Below, in pieces: positions 39,651 to 52,990 of a DNA stretch of 64,000 nt. The position numbers and the translations under genes were made by a program. The stretch is taken from positions 23,064,001 through 23,128,000 of the forward strand of contig OX597834.1 in NCBI GenBank assembly GCA_951406725.2, in the 5' to 3' direction. Below the pieces are notes generated by a model. It had not been told where the DNA came from, ran no database searches, and saw only the letters and a list, made by a program, of their open reading frames with translations. The DNA comes from Octopus vulgaris. Its lineage: Eukaryota. How positions within the stretch are numbered: position 1 is the first letter of the stretch; each line of letters begins with the position of its first letter.

Positions 39651-40850
39651 ATGGAAGATGAACTATGTGAGACCAAGTTTGAATGTGAACCACAGTCTAA
39701 GAGACTTGATTTACCTGCTGAGGAAAAACAAGAGAAAGAAAAAATATATCACTGTGATATCTGTAACAAGTCATTTTCTCAAAAATGTAACTTAACTGTT
39801 CACAGACGCATCCATACAGGCGAGAAACCATATCATTGTGATATCTGTGGTAAATCATTTTCTGAAAAGGGTGGCTTAAACTTACACAAGCGAATTCATA
39901 CAGGAGAGAAGCCATATCACTGTGATATTTGTGGTAAATCATTCACTGTAAATAGTAACTTAACAACTCACAGACGTATTCATGCAGGAGAGAAAGCATA
40001 TAACTGTAATATATGCAAAAAATCTTTCTCTCAAAAAGGTAGCTTAGCTACTCACATTCGCATTCATACTGGAGAAGAACCATATCATTGTGATATCTGT
40101 GGTAAATCGTTCTCTGTTAGTGGTAGCTTAACTACTCATCGACGTATTCATACAGGAGAAGAACCATATCATTGTGATATCTGTGGTAAAACCTTCTCTG
40201 TAAGTAGTAGCTTAACTACTCACAAACGTATTCATACAGGAGAAATGCCATATCAGTGTGATATTTGTAAAAAGTCTTTCTCTCAAAAAGGTAACTTGGA
40301 TACACACAAACTTATCCATTCAGGAGAAGAGCCATATCTCTGTGATATCTGTGGTAAATCCTTCTGTAGAAATAGTTACTTAATTTCTCATAAACGTATT
40401 CATACTGGAGAGAAACCGTATCACTGTGATATTTGTGGTAAATCATTCTCTGGAAAGGGCACCTTAAATATACACCAGCGTATTCATACAGGAGAAATGC
40501 CCTATCACTGTGATATCTGTGGGAAGTCATTCTCTGGAAATAGCCAATTAGTTACACACAAGCGTATTCATACTGGAGAGAAGCCATATAGTTGTGAAGT
40601 CTGTGGTAAATCATTCTCTCTAAGTGGTAGCTTAACCAAACATAAAGTTACACATACAGGAGAGAAACCACACCACTGTGATATCTGTAGTAAATCATTC
40701 TCTGAAAAAAGTTCCTTAAACATACATAAGCGTATTCATACAGGAGACAAACGATACCAGTGTGATGTCTGTAACAAGTCGTTCACTCAAAAATGTAACT
40801 TAACTACTCACAAACGGATTCATTACAAGAGAGAATCTACATCCCTGTGA
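39651..40850 (+). CDS. G6: C2H2 zinc-finger protein, 13 fingers
   Basis: ORF starting MEDELCETK; 13 fingers; frameshift-derived tail HYKRESTSL shared with G8. Confidence 0.93.
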   Translation: MEDELCETKFECEPQSKRLDLPAEEKQEKEKIYHCDICNKSFSQKCNLTVHRRIHTGEKPYHCDICGKSFSEKGGLNLHKRIHTGEKPYHCDICGKSFTVNSNLTTHRRIHAGEKAYNCNICKKSFSQKGSLATHIRIHTGEEPYHCDICGKSFSVSGSLTTHRRIHTGEEPYHCDICGKTFSVSSSLTTHKRIHTGEMPYQCDICKKSFSQKGNLDTHKLIHSGEEPYLCDICGKSFCRNSYLISHKRIHTGEKPYHCDICGKSFSGKGTLNIHQRIHTGEMPYHCDICGKSFSGNSQLVTHKRIHTGEKPYSCEVCGKSFSLSGSLTKHKVTHTGEKPHHCDICSKSFSEKSSLNIHKRIHTGDKRYQCDVCNKSFTQKCNLTTHKRIHYKRESTSL

Positions 40851-42889
40851 AATCTGATAAATTATTCTTTAAGACTTTTCTGTTCGTGACACACAAACAT
40901 ATTCTTGCAGTAGGGAACTGTGATGTCAATTGTAAATCAGTCTCTGAAAAAAGTTACTTAACCCATTGCCTGCCATGAGCCCCATTTGGGGATCTGCTAA
41001 AAAGAGTCTCACCACTAGTTGTTCGTTGTATTTAAAGTGAATTACTTACGTACATTGCATTTGCAGAGGTGTGTTTAACAATATTTAATAGTTTGTCATT
41101 ATTAGCTCTAGCTAATTCGAGAGGACATTTTATGCCATAAATCACAATTTTTGAACTACAAAAATATTGACTGTTTTGAAAAGTTTTTTTTTTTGCATTT
41201 CCCATCTTTATCATTCATTGATATTTCATACACATTTGCATTTGATACTATAGTTTCAAAAAACTTAAATGTTTATCATTGCAATTGAATAGAGAAGGAG
41301 AAATCTTTTTTTTCCACAATCCCCCTTTGGGACGTTAAGAAAAGTTTATCATAACTTCCAAAATAATTTACATGACCTCATGATTAAATGAACCTGTTAT
41401 TTGTATTGGTCGGTTTCCAGCCATTCAAACGTGTTGGCACAACAGTTTATTTTTCCTTATGCAGGAAATTAATCACCAACTCTGGGAGACTACTGATCTC
41501 TATAAAAAAGACAGTTTTCAACTGCTCTATGCCATTGGCATGTACCACTGACCACATGCAACTCATCTCCAGCAACAGTGTATCTGACACCAGCCAGTCT
41601 CTGCTTTCACTCCACCAGACGCCTGCTTACATTGTTGCTGTATGAAAACCACAGTTGCCTCTACACACCACCAAACACTACATTGACTTTGTCCACCAGA
41701 TCAGTCCAGCCTAACCACGAAGTTCTCTCACACATCTTTGTTGTAACCTGTTATGTTATTTTATTTCATGTATCGCAATCATTGTATTTTATAATGGAGA
41801 ATAAATTGTCACCTACCTGTTCTGAATTACATCAAATTACTTGTGAAGTTTATGAAAGGCTCTTTCGTTATTCTATACAAATGTAACAGTGTTAATGTTT
41901 AGTTGTGGCAACTACACACTATGTACAGTTGTAAAAGAAACCCATGGCTAGACTACCATGGGTTGGACAGTTTGACAGGAGCTGATGAACCAGAGGATTG
42001 TGCCAAGCTCTGCTCTCTGCTTTGACATGGTTTCCACACCTGGATATCCTTCCTAATGCCAATCATTTTACATAGTGAACTGGGTGCTTTTTACATGGCA
42101 CCATCACTGGTGAGGTCATCAAGCAACTTGCAAGACAAGGTGCTTCAAGTGAGATGGAAGTAGAATGGACAAGAGGTTAAAGTATGATAGAAACAGGGAT
42201 TCTGATGGGGAGGAGATACATGGCTACTCTAATTAGAAAAAAGAGAAAGTGAGAGAGTATTACTCTGTATAGAAGCTACAAACTGGTCAAGTCAAAGTTT
42301 TGGAGAAGAAAGTCGTGAAAATGTAAATGTGATGACTAAATGGTAAATGTTGGAATTGAAATTATGAGGAGTGGAAGTGTTTAAATTAATGTTACACTGG
42401 GAGAAAAATAAATGCCTGATGGCAGTTTGAAATAGCAATCGTTGGGCTTTTCAGAATTCAGGATTTTGATGTCTTGGTATGTGCATGTCTGGTAAGTTCA
42501 CTGTCATCAATTCACTGCAGGAGAAAGTTCAACATCATCAATTCACTTTTTTTTTCTTTTTAATAAAATACTTCTTAGCTTTTATTGGTGAGATAATACG
42601 GATATATTTTCTTGGTAAACTTTCCTCGCTGTGAGCATTCTTCACAGTGAATTGATGGTGGTGAACTTACCTATAATTTGTTCTGAGTACATGCGCATGC
42701 TTGCATGTCATCATCATCATCATCATTTAACGTCCGCTTTCCATGCTAATATATATATAGTTAATCCAAACATGAACAAAGAAAAAATACAACAACGCGA
42801 GGACATGGATCAAGTATAGTGTTATTGGATGCTCAGGAAAGGAAAGAAAGAAGGAGGATTTAAGTTTCGACCCTATTCCTTCACCTTTT

Positions 42890-43200
42890 TCAGCCATTTG
42901 ACTGTGGCCATGCTGGAGCACCGCCTTTAGTTGAGCAAAACGACCCCAGGACTTATTCTTTGTAAACCTAGTACTTATTCTATCAGTCTATTTTGCTGAA
43001 CTGCTAAGTTAGGGATGTAAACACACCAACATCGGTTATCAAGTGATGTAGGGGATACACACACACATATATATGTATATATACACAAGGGCTTCTTTCA
43101 GTTTTCGTCTACTAAATCCACTCACAAGGCTTTGGTCTTCCTGAGGCTATAGTAGAAGACACTTGCTCAAGGTGCCACGCAGTGGGACTGAACCCAGAAC
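42890..43200 (-). mobile_element. SINE family B
   Basis: Near full-length copy of the motifs seen at 11320-11606. Confidence 0.8.
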
Positions 43201-43245
43201 TATATAGGCACTCCTGTGCCTTAATTTAAAAAAGGAAATGGAGAT

Positions 43246-43583
43246 TGTGAAGTTAATAAATGTTTATTATCAACAATAAATTAATCATTATGCCTTACTC
43301 AGTGGATTGAATATTAAATTCATAAGCCCAGAGCATAATATCTTCAGAGGGAAAAAAAACATACCTTTAGATGTTTTATATGTGTATTTATGGATTCATT
43401 ATAGCAGACTGTTATAATGAATCCATAATCATGCATATAAAACATCTAAGGGTATGTTTTTTTCCTCTGAAGATAGTCTGCTCAGAGTTTATGAATTTAA
43501 TATTCAATCCACTGAGTATTAATTGAAACAGCTGTAAAGCATAATGATTAATTTGTTTTTGATAGACATTTATTCACTCCACA
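43246..43583. repeat. ~330-bp foldback palindrome, probably inverted Penelope-type terminal repeats with a hammerhead motif
   Basis: Arms centred on cattatagcag-a-ctgttataatg (~43408); right arm has CTGAAGA (43467) and GAAACAGCTGTA (43525). Confidence 0.75.
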
Positions 43584-43589
43584 ATGCCT

Positions 43590-43798
43590 GTGCCCCCTGA
43601 CTGGCTCCTGTGCCGGTGAAACATAAAAAGCACCCACTACACTCTCAGAGTGCTTGGCATTAGGAAGGTATGCAACTGTAGAAACATTGCCAGATCAGAC
43701 TGGAGTCTGGTGCAGCTGCTGGCTTCCCAGACCTTAGTCAAACCGTCCAACCCATGCCAGCATGGAAAATGGACATTAAACAATGATGATGATGATGA
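43590..43798 (+). mobile_element. SINE-like repeat family A
   Basis: Same core and tail. Confidence 0.8.
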
Positions 43799-45414
43799 AT
43801 CTCCATTTTCCTTTTCTCCCTCTATGTATGTATTTATGAATGAAAGAATACCCAAACTTTCTGCCGTGTTCATGGCTATACTGCATTCGAAATTTACCTT
43901 CTCTGAAAAATACGAAACACATACGACGCTTCCAAAGTCTGTTTACAAAATGTTGCATTTCAAAAGCTATTATTATTTACATTTAATTTGATGGAAATTG
44001 TTGTGAGTAGGGTTGTTTAGTCTAATGATAGAGTACGGAAGTCAATATCTGGGGAGTCCCATAGCCATCTGCTGAGAACTTTTCCCGTCTTATTGGGGCA
44101 AAATACGCAATCTTTCTGCTGTTTTCACATCTGTACTGTGTTTGAAATTACTTTCTTATCTGTAAAATATATATAGGTTTTCTATAAATCCTCCTGTGAT
44201 GCACATGGACACATCATCACTGATATTTCTTGGAGTCATTAAGCGTTTTGAGTCTTTCAACATCAGACACCCTCATCCAGGTGACCCACCTGAGCGTCAC
44301 CGAGCTTGTGTCCAGTTAACACTAGCCCTCATAGCATTGCCTCTTTCAGGGTTCGCCCCTCCTAGTCCACAGCCACTTTGATGCAACTCCTACTGTCTCC
44401 ACAACCAACCTGATGGCCTTCAGCCTACTGGCTCCTCTGATACCAAGCATACTGTAATCTAAATAGAGGGACTGGTTTGCAAACTGTGGTGTTATGGGCT
44501 GTGATGAGCTATGTGGTGTTGGTGGAGGGGATTGCAGATGTGGTAGACGGATGCGAAGACTGCAGGGGGTTGTGGTACAGTCACGGGGCATGCGTGGGCA
44601 GGAAGCACGTGTGGTCAGTTCGAGCAAAGACGCGTTTATTTCTTGAGAATGATTGCTCATTATGCCGAGGCCAACAGGTAAGGCCTTTTGTATTTCTTTC
44701 TCCCGTTTGCTTATTTTTCTGTTGTCCTTTTCCTCCATCACACTACACAAACAGTTGCAAAACTTAGATATCTGTTACTGTTTATTTATTTCGTTTTTGT
44801 AAAAAGAAAAAGTGTTTTATTAACTATGTAACTTTAGTAAGTTGTATAATCTCTCGCTTATGGCGCGGGACTGAAAAAAAAATGAAGCAGGGGATATACA
44901 AAAATCAACTTGGTTATCCTGAAAATGTTATTATTACAGACTTGATTTCATTTCTCAGTAGCATCATGCAATCTTTTAGGCAGCATAGTAATAAATATAA
45001 CCTGTTCATAAATTTATTTCCCTAAATATTCAGATGTTTTTGTTTACGTCGTAATAACTTTTACATATGCACGTATTATAAAAGAGGTTTACATTTATTA
45101 CGATTTTTCTGTCCATAAGTTATCGGAAACGAAAATAAGCATTTACTGTTTTCTCTGGCAAGCTAAATGTATTTTTAGTTTCTTTTCTTTCTTTCTTTCT
45201 CTTTATTTAAAAAAATTTTTTTTTACTCATTTTCAGTTTCATTTTCTTTTTCTTTCATTGGTGAAACAGTGCCACAAGTTAAATAATCAATGCCATTGAA
45301 CAATACTATGATCTATAACAATAATAACCATCTGAGTAGTGTTTACTAATTCGTTTCGGTAGTTCAAGATTGCCGAGTCTATTTTTGTACATCCCCCATT
45401 ATTGTTGCTTTCAT

Positions 45415-45551
45415 TACAAATGCCGCATTTCGATGTCCTGAAGTGAATACTTTGCTGTCGGTTGTTGTAAATGTAGACGTTGTGTTGAAGCTGTCATTGT
45501 TCGCTCTGACATGTGACATCTTCGTCACTGGCTCTATATTAATATGTAAGT
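45415..45551 (+). other. Putative leader exon and donor of G7 (intron 45546-47133)
   Basis: ggctctatattaatat|GTAAGT at 45546; acceptor ttttatttcAG ends at 47133. Confidence 0.7.
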
Positions 45552-46159
45552 ATTCTTAATAGAAACTATGTCTTACATTATATATAGATCGTGTCATTTT
45601 TCTTCTACATCTGTTTGTTTTGGTGTGTTCAGTTGTAAGATAAATGAACGTAAGTGAAGAAAAGAAGAAATTTTACTAAAGTAACGATGTTGTCATAATC
45701 CCATACGCTTGTTGCATGTAATATAGTGAGTTTTGTTGTCTTAATACTTCCACTGTTTTCCTTACCACACTCAATTTCAGTTATCGTTATTCCCCCATAT
45801 CTTAACTTCAACTCAAAGAGGAAGTTTGTATTTCTTAAAGTCAATTGAATAAATTGTTTAGTCTCAGCTTTTACCTTTATTTCTAAAATATAAACGTGAC
45901 AAGTTTTGCTCAACATCGCTGATTTAAAGTGATTTTGATGTTGTTTAGAGATCGATATTTTCCACATCACAGAATCTAAAATCAGTGACTAAAAATATTC
46001 AAAATTTTTTCCAACATCGCTAAATTCAGATGAAATATTTTGATGTAGTACGATAAAACTCTCACAAGTGGAAAAATAGTGAATAATGGGGAGAAAAAAA
46101 AATCACTACCTTAGGTTGAAAATTTGGGGGCCGAGGGAAACTTCTCGGCAAGTCTTCCT

Positions 46160-46930
46160 TTTGTATTGTGACATCCCAGACAAGGCATCTGCCTCTTGAC
46201 TAGGGGCGCAGGGTGAGGCCGGTAGGGTTTTTCATATCACATCAGGACAACCCAGATTATTTCAAGATGGGTGGGGGCGTTGGGAATGTTTGCCCAGACC
46301 AAGCTCCTCTTGAGTATAAGGTTTAACTTCATATGACACGCGAAGCAATCAGCATTCAGGTGGAAGGAAATACCGTGGAGGCCTGTAGAGTCAAAGAACT
46401 TGCCACAACGGCAGCTCAAACCCATGCAGACATCAGCTCTCACTCTGAGAGCAATGGAAACCTGAAGTTTGTCCAAGCAGAAGAAGCCACCAACATTAGC
46501 CACAAGGATGGCATCAATCCAGTCACCTGAGTATTTGGCACTAACAGACTGTGAGCTGTCCAACAACTGGTCCAACTGGATGAAGAGGGAGTCAAAGGTG
46601 GCCTTCAAAATTATGTTGTCCCAAGCATTCTGACTCCAACAGTCCTCCACCTTCTCTAGAGCAGACAAGCCCAATTCACTCCATTATTGGAGAGCTTCAT
46701 TCAACTCCCTGTTGGAACTGGTCAGAGAGGATGTTGCTCACCAGGGTGGGGCAGGCGTGAATGGAGGAAAGGAAACAAGGGAGAGAGAGGGATGAATACT
46801 TAGGAAGACCAAGACCCCCAAATTGCTTGGGCATTGCAGCTTTTTTTCTGTTAGTAAATGTCTTCTTACACACTCTCATGGATGCACTTGCAATGACCAT
46901 TGCAAGTCTTCCAGTGCCAGTGTGATCAAT
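46160..46930 (-). mobile_element. CRE-clade non-LTR retrotransposon fragment in the G7 intron
   Basis: FGGLGL, CxCG...GLHG..CxH knuckle remnant, and PTGLTLRP*SRGRCLVWDVT (RPDG..PW..G..L.WD.T RLE motif). Confidence 0.7.
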
Positions 46931-47435
46931 AAAGGTTAAGGTGTACAAGATAGTTTGTAGAACACAAATTCACAAAAATTTTCTAAAAATGCCTAATTAC
47001 ATGATGTTCTTTGATCCAGAATCGATAACTGACTGTGTGTATGTGCAAGTTGTTTAACTTTTAGGGTTTGAAATTTATTTATTTATTTATTTTACTATGG
47101 TTGATATTTTAGTCAGTTTCTCTTTTATTTCAGAAGATCTGATGACCTTGACAAAGAGGGAAATTTTTTACTTGAAACACATCAATATTAATCATTTGTT
47201 CAAGACTGAAGGAAGATGTTATACAGAAGAGATATAAATCTGTTTGTATAAATTTATGCACAATTTCTCTAACTCACTGTTTGGAATTAAATGTCAGTTG
47301 CAAAGGAGTTTGCAGCATTTTCGGATCTCAAAGAAACAGTTTATGGAAACATAGAAATATTAGTTTGGAATAAGAGATTGTAACTAAGAAAAAGAAAGAA
47401 ATTCATCACTATATTGTGGTGAAAGATGAAAAATT

Positions 47436-48959
47436 ATGGAAGGTGAAATACATGAGAACAAGGATAATTGTGAAAAACAATCTAACAGGATTGGTTTCCC
47501 TAATAATAAAAAGAAAGAGAGAGGGAACGCATTGTACAAGTGTGACATCTGTAAGAAGACATTTGCTCAGAAAGGTAACTTAACAACTCATCAACGTCTT
47601 CATACGGGAGAAGTACCATATCGCTGTGACATTTGTGGTAAATCATTTTATAGAAGTAGTTATTTAATTTCTCATAAACGTATTCATACTGGAGAGAAAC
47701 CATATCACTGTGATATCTGTGGCAAATCATTCTCTGAAAAGAGTGCCTTAAATTTACACATGCGTATTCATACAGGAGAGAAGCCATATCACTGTGATGC
47801 CTGTGGTAAATCATTCTCTGGAAGTAGTCAATTATCTACTCACAAACTCATTCACACAGGAAAGAAATCGCATTACTGTAATATCTGTGGCAAATCATTT
47901 TCTGTACTTAGTTATTTAACTAAACATAGATCTGTTCATACAGGTGAGAAGCCATATCACTGTGATATCTGTGGTAAATCATTCTCTAGAAGTGGCGCTT
48001 TAACTAAACATAAACGTATTCATACAGGTGAGAAGCCATATCACTGTGATATCTGTGGAAAGTCGTTCTCTGGGAGTGGTGATATAACCATTCACAAACG
48101 TATTCATACTGGAGAGAAGCCATATCGTTGTGATATCTGTGGTAAATCATTCTCTGTAAATTGTCAATTAACCAATCACAAACGTGTTCATACAGGAGAG
48201 AAACCTTATCACTGTGATGTCTGTGGTAAATCATTCTCTCAACAAGGAGACTTAACTAAACATAAACGTATTCATACGGGAGAGAAGCCATATCACTGTG
48301 ATATCTGTAATAAATCATTCTCTCAGAACGGTGACCTGACTAAGCATAAACGTATTCATACAGGAGAGAAGCCATATCATTGTGATATCTGTAGTAAATT
48401 ATTTTCTGGAATTGGCGATTTAACAACTCATAAACGTACTCATACAGGAGAGAAGCCATATCACTGTGATGTGTGTGGTAAATCATTTTGTCAGAGTGGT
48501 GAATTAATTTCTCATAAGCGTATTCATACTGGAGAGAAACCATATCACTGTGATATCTGTGGTAAATCATTTTCTGTTAGTAGCCAACTAACCACTCACA
48601 AACGCATTCATACAGGAGAGAAGCCATATACCTGTGATATTTGTGGTAAATCATTCTCTGGAAATAGTGCCTTCTCTAAACACAAACGTATTCATACAGG
48701 AGAGAAGCCATATTGTTGTGTTGTGTGTGGCAGAGCGTTCACTGTAAGTAGTCAGTTAACCACTCATAAACGCGTTCATACTGGGGAAAAGCCATATTCC
48801 TGTGATATATGTGGTAAATCATTCTCAAGAAATGATACTTTAACTAAACATAAATTTATTCATACAGGAGAGAAGCCACATCAATGCAGTATTTGTGGTA
48901 AATCATTCTCACAGAAAGGTTCCTTAACCAAACATGTAGCTGCTCATACACAACAATAA
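47436..48959 (+). CDS. G7: C2H2 zinc-finger protein, 17 fingers
   Basis: ORF starting MEGEIHE; 17 intact fingers. Confidence 0.93.
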   Translation: MEGEIHENKDNCEKQSNRIGFPNNKKKERGNALYKCDICKKTFAQKGNLTTHQRLHTGEVPYRCDICGKSFYRSSYLISHKRIHTGEKPYHCDICGKSFSEKSALNLHMRIHTGEKPYHCDACGKSFSGSSQLSTHKLIHTGKKSHYCNICGKSFSVLSYLTKHRSVHTGEKPYHCDICGKSFSRSGALTKHKRIHTGEKPYHCDICGKSFSGSGDITIHKRIHTGEKPYRCDICGKSFSVNCQLTNHKRVHTGEKPYHCDVCGKSFSQQGDLTKHKRIHTGEKPYHCDICNKSFSQNGDLTKHKRIHTGEKPYHCDICSKLFSGIGDLTTHKRTHTGEKPYHCDVCGKSFCQSGELISHKRIHTGEKPYHCDICGKSFSVSSQLTTHKRIHTGEKPYTCDICGKSFSGNSAFSKHKRIHTGEKPYCCVVCGRAFTVSSQLTTHKRVHTGEKPYSCDICGKSFSRNDTLTKHKFIHTGEKPHQCSICGKSFSQKGSLTKHVAAHTQQ

Positions 48960-51169
48960 CTGTTTCACAGTTTGGGTTTCAGTAAATACAATCCAATAGG
49001 TTGTTAAATTTTGTCATTCAATTTGGATTTTCTTTCTTTGTAAATTTAGTAATTTTATGAAAATTGATACCTTACAAAAATTCATAAAATTACCAAAGGT
49101 ACAGAATGAGCAAGAGGAAAAACATTAATTTGAACAAAGATTTCAACAGTGTGTGTGTTCTTGTGATGTAATTACTGCATCTATCTAATTAGTATTTCCC
49201 AACCCTTTTTCACCTGTTGGTGTTTTAAACAATCCTGTAACATTTTTATAATTAAATATTATTAGGAATTGTGTAAGAAAAACTAAAAGATTTTGGGTAG
49301 AAATGCAACCAATTTTATTGCACATAAATTTCAGCAATAAAATTTCATAGGGACCCCAGGTGAGAACCACTGATCTAACCCATTGTATGCGATGGAAACC
49401 CCACCCCCACCCAATTTATTATACTTCATTGCAGTAGAGAGGATGTAACAGTGTGATAACATCTTACCACTGTATTTTATATAATCCCTGTTATATCTTA
49501 CATTGGTGAGGTAAGATGATGATTAATGATGGTCTGTTATAGTCTGAGGAAGACATTTCTGCAATCGTCATCATCATCATTTAACATCCGCTTTCCATGC
49601 TGGTATGGGTTGGATGGTCTGACTGAGAATTGATAAGCTGCACACTAGTTCACTCCTTCCATCAAATCAATGTTGCCTGCACAGGTGTATGGTATACCAC
49701 ACAAGAGATGTTGAAGTGATTTGTTGAAGTGTGATGAAGTGTTTTGTTGAAGAACACACTGCACCTCCTGGTTCAGGAGTTGAAACCACGATTTCATGAT
49801 GATGAGTGCAACAACCTAACACTCTGTCTTATGTTGACCTGCAAAAAAAAAAAAAATCAATGTATGTGTTTCAAGCTGTTGGCTACAGTTTCGTACTTAG
49901 GTGGCTGAAATTTTACATAGGGACATTTTCAAGAATCAGAGACTAGGCTCTGTGCCATTTTTACTTTTTAAATCTTTAGTAAATTTCATTTTTTTTTTTA
50001 TTATCAAATAAATCAAATTTTTGTTAATATTCACTGCCATTTTCTGTGTCTGTGTAAAGATAAAAAATTGTTTGGAAATCTATATTTCAACCATTCATAA
50101 TCTTTATTGATATTAACTTCACTGCCAATCTGTGATGTACATTGTGCTGAACAAAGCGAAAGGAACTGTTTTCATATGAGATCTTTGCTATTTCAACATT
50201 TTAATAAAAGCCTTATCGAATGTCATCATTAAATCATCAACTAAAGAAACTGAGTTCTTTAAAATCTGGATATATACATACATACATATATATATATATA
50301 TATTTGTTTTGCAAGATTTTTGATGTGAAGTCGTGTGTTGAAACAGATATTGTTGTATTTAGGAATGGTCATTTTGCCAGTTTAGCCAATAAAAACACAC
50401 GCACTATATATTTGGTGTTACTTTGCTTCAGCGTTATTTATTTTTCACATTAATCTTAATCTTATTTCGGCCAGAATTCTTTTGTCACACTCCTGTGACC
50501 GCATCAGTGGTCCTTTGCTTTCTTCTTTCTTATTTGTGTGTCTCTCCTTACTAACTGTCAACCATTTTGTATTTCTATTGTATGTGTCTTCATTTGCGCA
50601 TGCGTATATCTCGATGTGCGTGTTTGTTTAGTTAGTGTGTGTGGGAAATGCCTGTAATATTTATATCTCCTATTTATATATGTTCGTGTAGTTTGTTTTT
50701 GTTTATTCTTATTTTGTTCATGTGGTTACACCCACTTATTATTATTATTATGTATGCATAACAATAATAATAGTAATAATAATAAAAATAAAAATAAAAA
50801 ATGTATAGTTATTTACTTCCATTTGTTTATTTATCTGTGTATTTTATTTTATTATGTTTTCATTTTTGTTTATATTGTAACCAGTTTATGGGGATCCCCT
50901 TCTGTCATATGTTGTGGTGTGTGCTAGTGTTCCATTCCATGAACAAAATAAGAAAAGCTGTTGGTCCTTAGTTCTTCATTTAAGTCTTTTATTGTGGAAG
51001 GATTCAGACCACTCCCAAGTGACTAAAAGTGGACTGACTCATTGCTATAAAATAAAGAATGGTGAGCAATTGATTGAGAGTATTGAGTCTTGTGTAATAG
51101 TAATCGTATTGCATCATGTAAATATTTCTTTCCCCCTGCTTCATTAAATTATTTATTCAACACCAGGAT

Positions 51170-52990
51170 ATAAAAGTGGCAATGAGTTATTTGAAGTTTG
51201 TGTTGGATGTTTACAATTTTTTTTTTTTTTTTTTTTTGGTACGAAACCAAAGAAAAAATTTTTTTAAAATGGGAGAAATATTGGCCTTCATGGTGCAGTT
51301 ACAGCAACAACAAAAACCAACAGTTGCTGGAATTACTGTTGAAGAAGTCTGAAAATACTGCAGGTTCTTATTCGCCAGACAGCGTAGCAAATTCAGTTAT
51401 AAACCAGAAGAAGGGATTACCTTCTCTGCATATTTTCGAGAGACGAAGAAATCTTCAGACAAGAATGTAAAAATTGGTCGGATGAGGAAAAAAGTATAAC
51501 TACTTTTAAGAAAGTTATCCCCTGCTGAACACAAGAAATATAGTAACTATATTCTACCAAAGGAACCAATTGAGATTTGTTTCGATGAAAATATCTTATC
51601 GAAAATTTTCAGTGTCCTCATCAATACTTGCTGCCAATGTGTAAATTTGGTCAAAAAAAGATGAAGATTTTGTCACGTATGCTGGAGTTGTTAACAGAGA
51701 GTGTGAAAAATTCAAATTTCATGAATTAATCTCAGACATGTTCAAGGGCTTACTGTAAGCAAAGTTGCAGATGTATGTTCCTGGATATTAACAAAATTAG
51801 AACAGAACCAAAATTTAACTCTGCAGGCAGTAGCAGAAGAATGTCATAGGATTGTAAATCTAAGATGAGATGCAGATAAAACTGCATGTTGACAATGGAT
51901 GAGAAAAAAATGTCAAGAACGAATCCATGTTATGGGTGCGGTGGTCTACATTTTAAAAGTCACTGTCCATTTAAAAATATAAAATGCTTCAAGTGTGATA
52001 AGATAGGTAAAAAAAAAAATCACTGTAAAACAAAACCTAAAAAGTGTTTGACAGAAAAAAATCATGTAAACAGGCTATTGGTGACAAGAAATACGAATGA
52101 GCCTCAAAGGAAATTTGTGTATGAAAAAATTGATAACACAAACGTAAAGTTACAATTGGATAAGGGCAGTGATATCTTGATAATTAACACGGATACATGG
52201 AAAAAATTTTGGGAGACATAGATTAAAAGAAACTTCGAAAATTGCTCATCATCATCATTTAACGTCCGCTTTCCATGCTAGCATGGGTTGGATGATTTGA
52301 CTGAGGACTGGCGAACCAGATGGTTGCACCAAGCTCCAATCTTGATCTGGCAGAGTTTCTACAGCTGGATGCCCTTCCTAACGCCAACCACTTTGAGAGT
52401 GTAGTGGGTGCTTTTACGTGCCAACAGCACGAAAGCCAGTCCGGCGGTACTGGCAATGGCCACGCTCAAATGGTCTTTTTTACGTGCCACCTGCACAGGA
52501 GCCAGTTCAGTGGCACTGGCAACGACCTCATTTGAATGTTTTTTCATGTGCCACCAGCACAAGTGCCAGTAAGGCAACGCTGGTAACGATCACGCTTGAA
52601 TGGTGCTTTTTATATGCCACTGGCATGGAAGCCAGTTAGCCATTCTGGGAATGATCATGCTCTTAACACTCCACTAGCACGGATGCCAGTCATCAACAGG
52701 ATATAAACATTTTAAGGTAAAATTATTAATTGACCTTACATTTCATGGAAAAACCTTAACAGCCAAATTTATTCGGAACAGACTGGATGGAACTATTTAA
52801 CTTATAGGACCTCATCAATAAATCTTTTCTATAAAAATGTGAATGATTTTTCTGCCAGTACAAATAAATCATAAGACGAATTGAAAACAAAATTTAAAAA
52901 AATGATTTTTCCTGAATTTCTGTCTGATGAATTAGGTCTGTGCATCAAAACGAAAGCTACATTTCAAATAAAAGAAAATGCCATACAGAA
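51170..52990 (+). mobile_element. Decayed Ty3/gypsy gag-protease region interrupted by a SINE
   Basis: PBS-like tggcaatgag at 51177; CYGCGGLH..C and CFKC knuckles; LQLDKGSD (decayed DTG protease motif); ELGLCIKTKA after the SINE. Confidence 0.75.
52247..52690 (-). mobile_element. SINE-like repeat family A inserted in the gypsy fragment
   Basis: (cat)n then tttaacgtccgctttccatgc...ggatgcccttcctaacgcc. Confidence 0.8.

Noticed and set aside
40060-40340. TGEEP linkers in G6 and G8 as genomically fixed A-to-I edits
   Set aside because: Ordinary A>G transitions spread by finger duplication explain them equally well; no evidence available from sequence alone
780-48570. Many antisense ORFs of the [10 protein letters not shown]... 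type overlapping ZNF exons
   Set aside because: Shadow frames produced by the 84-bp finger repeat codon pattern; fragmented and with no independent support
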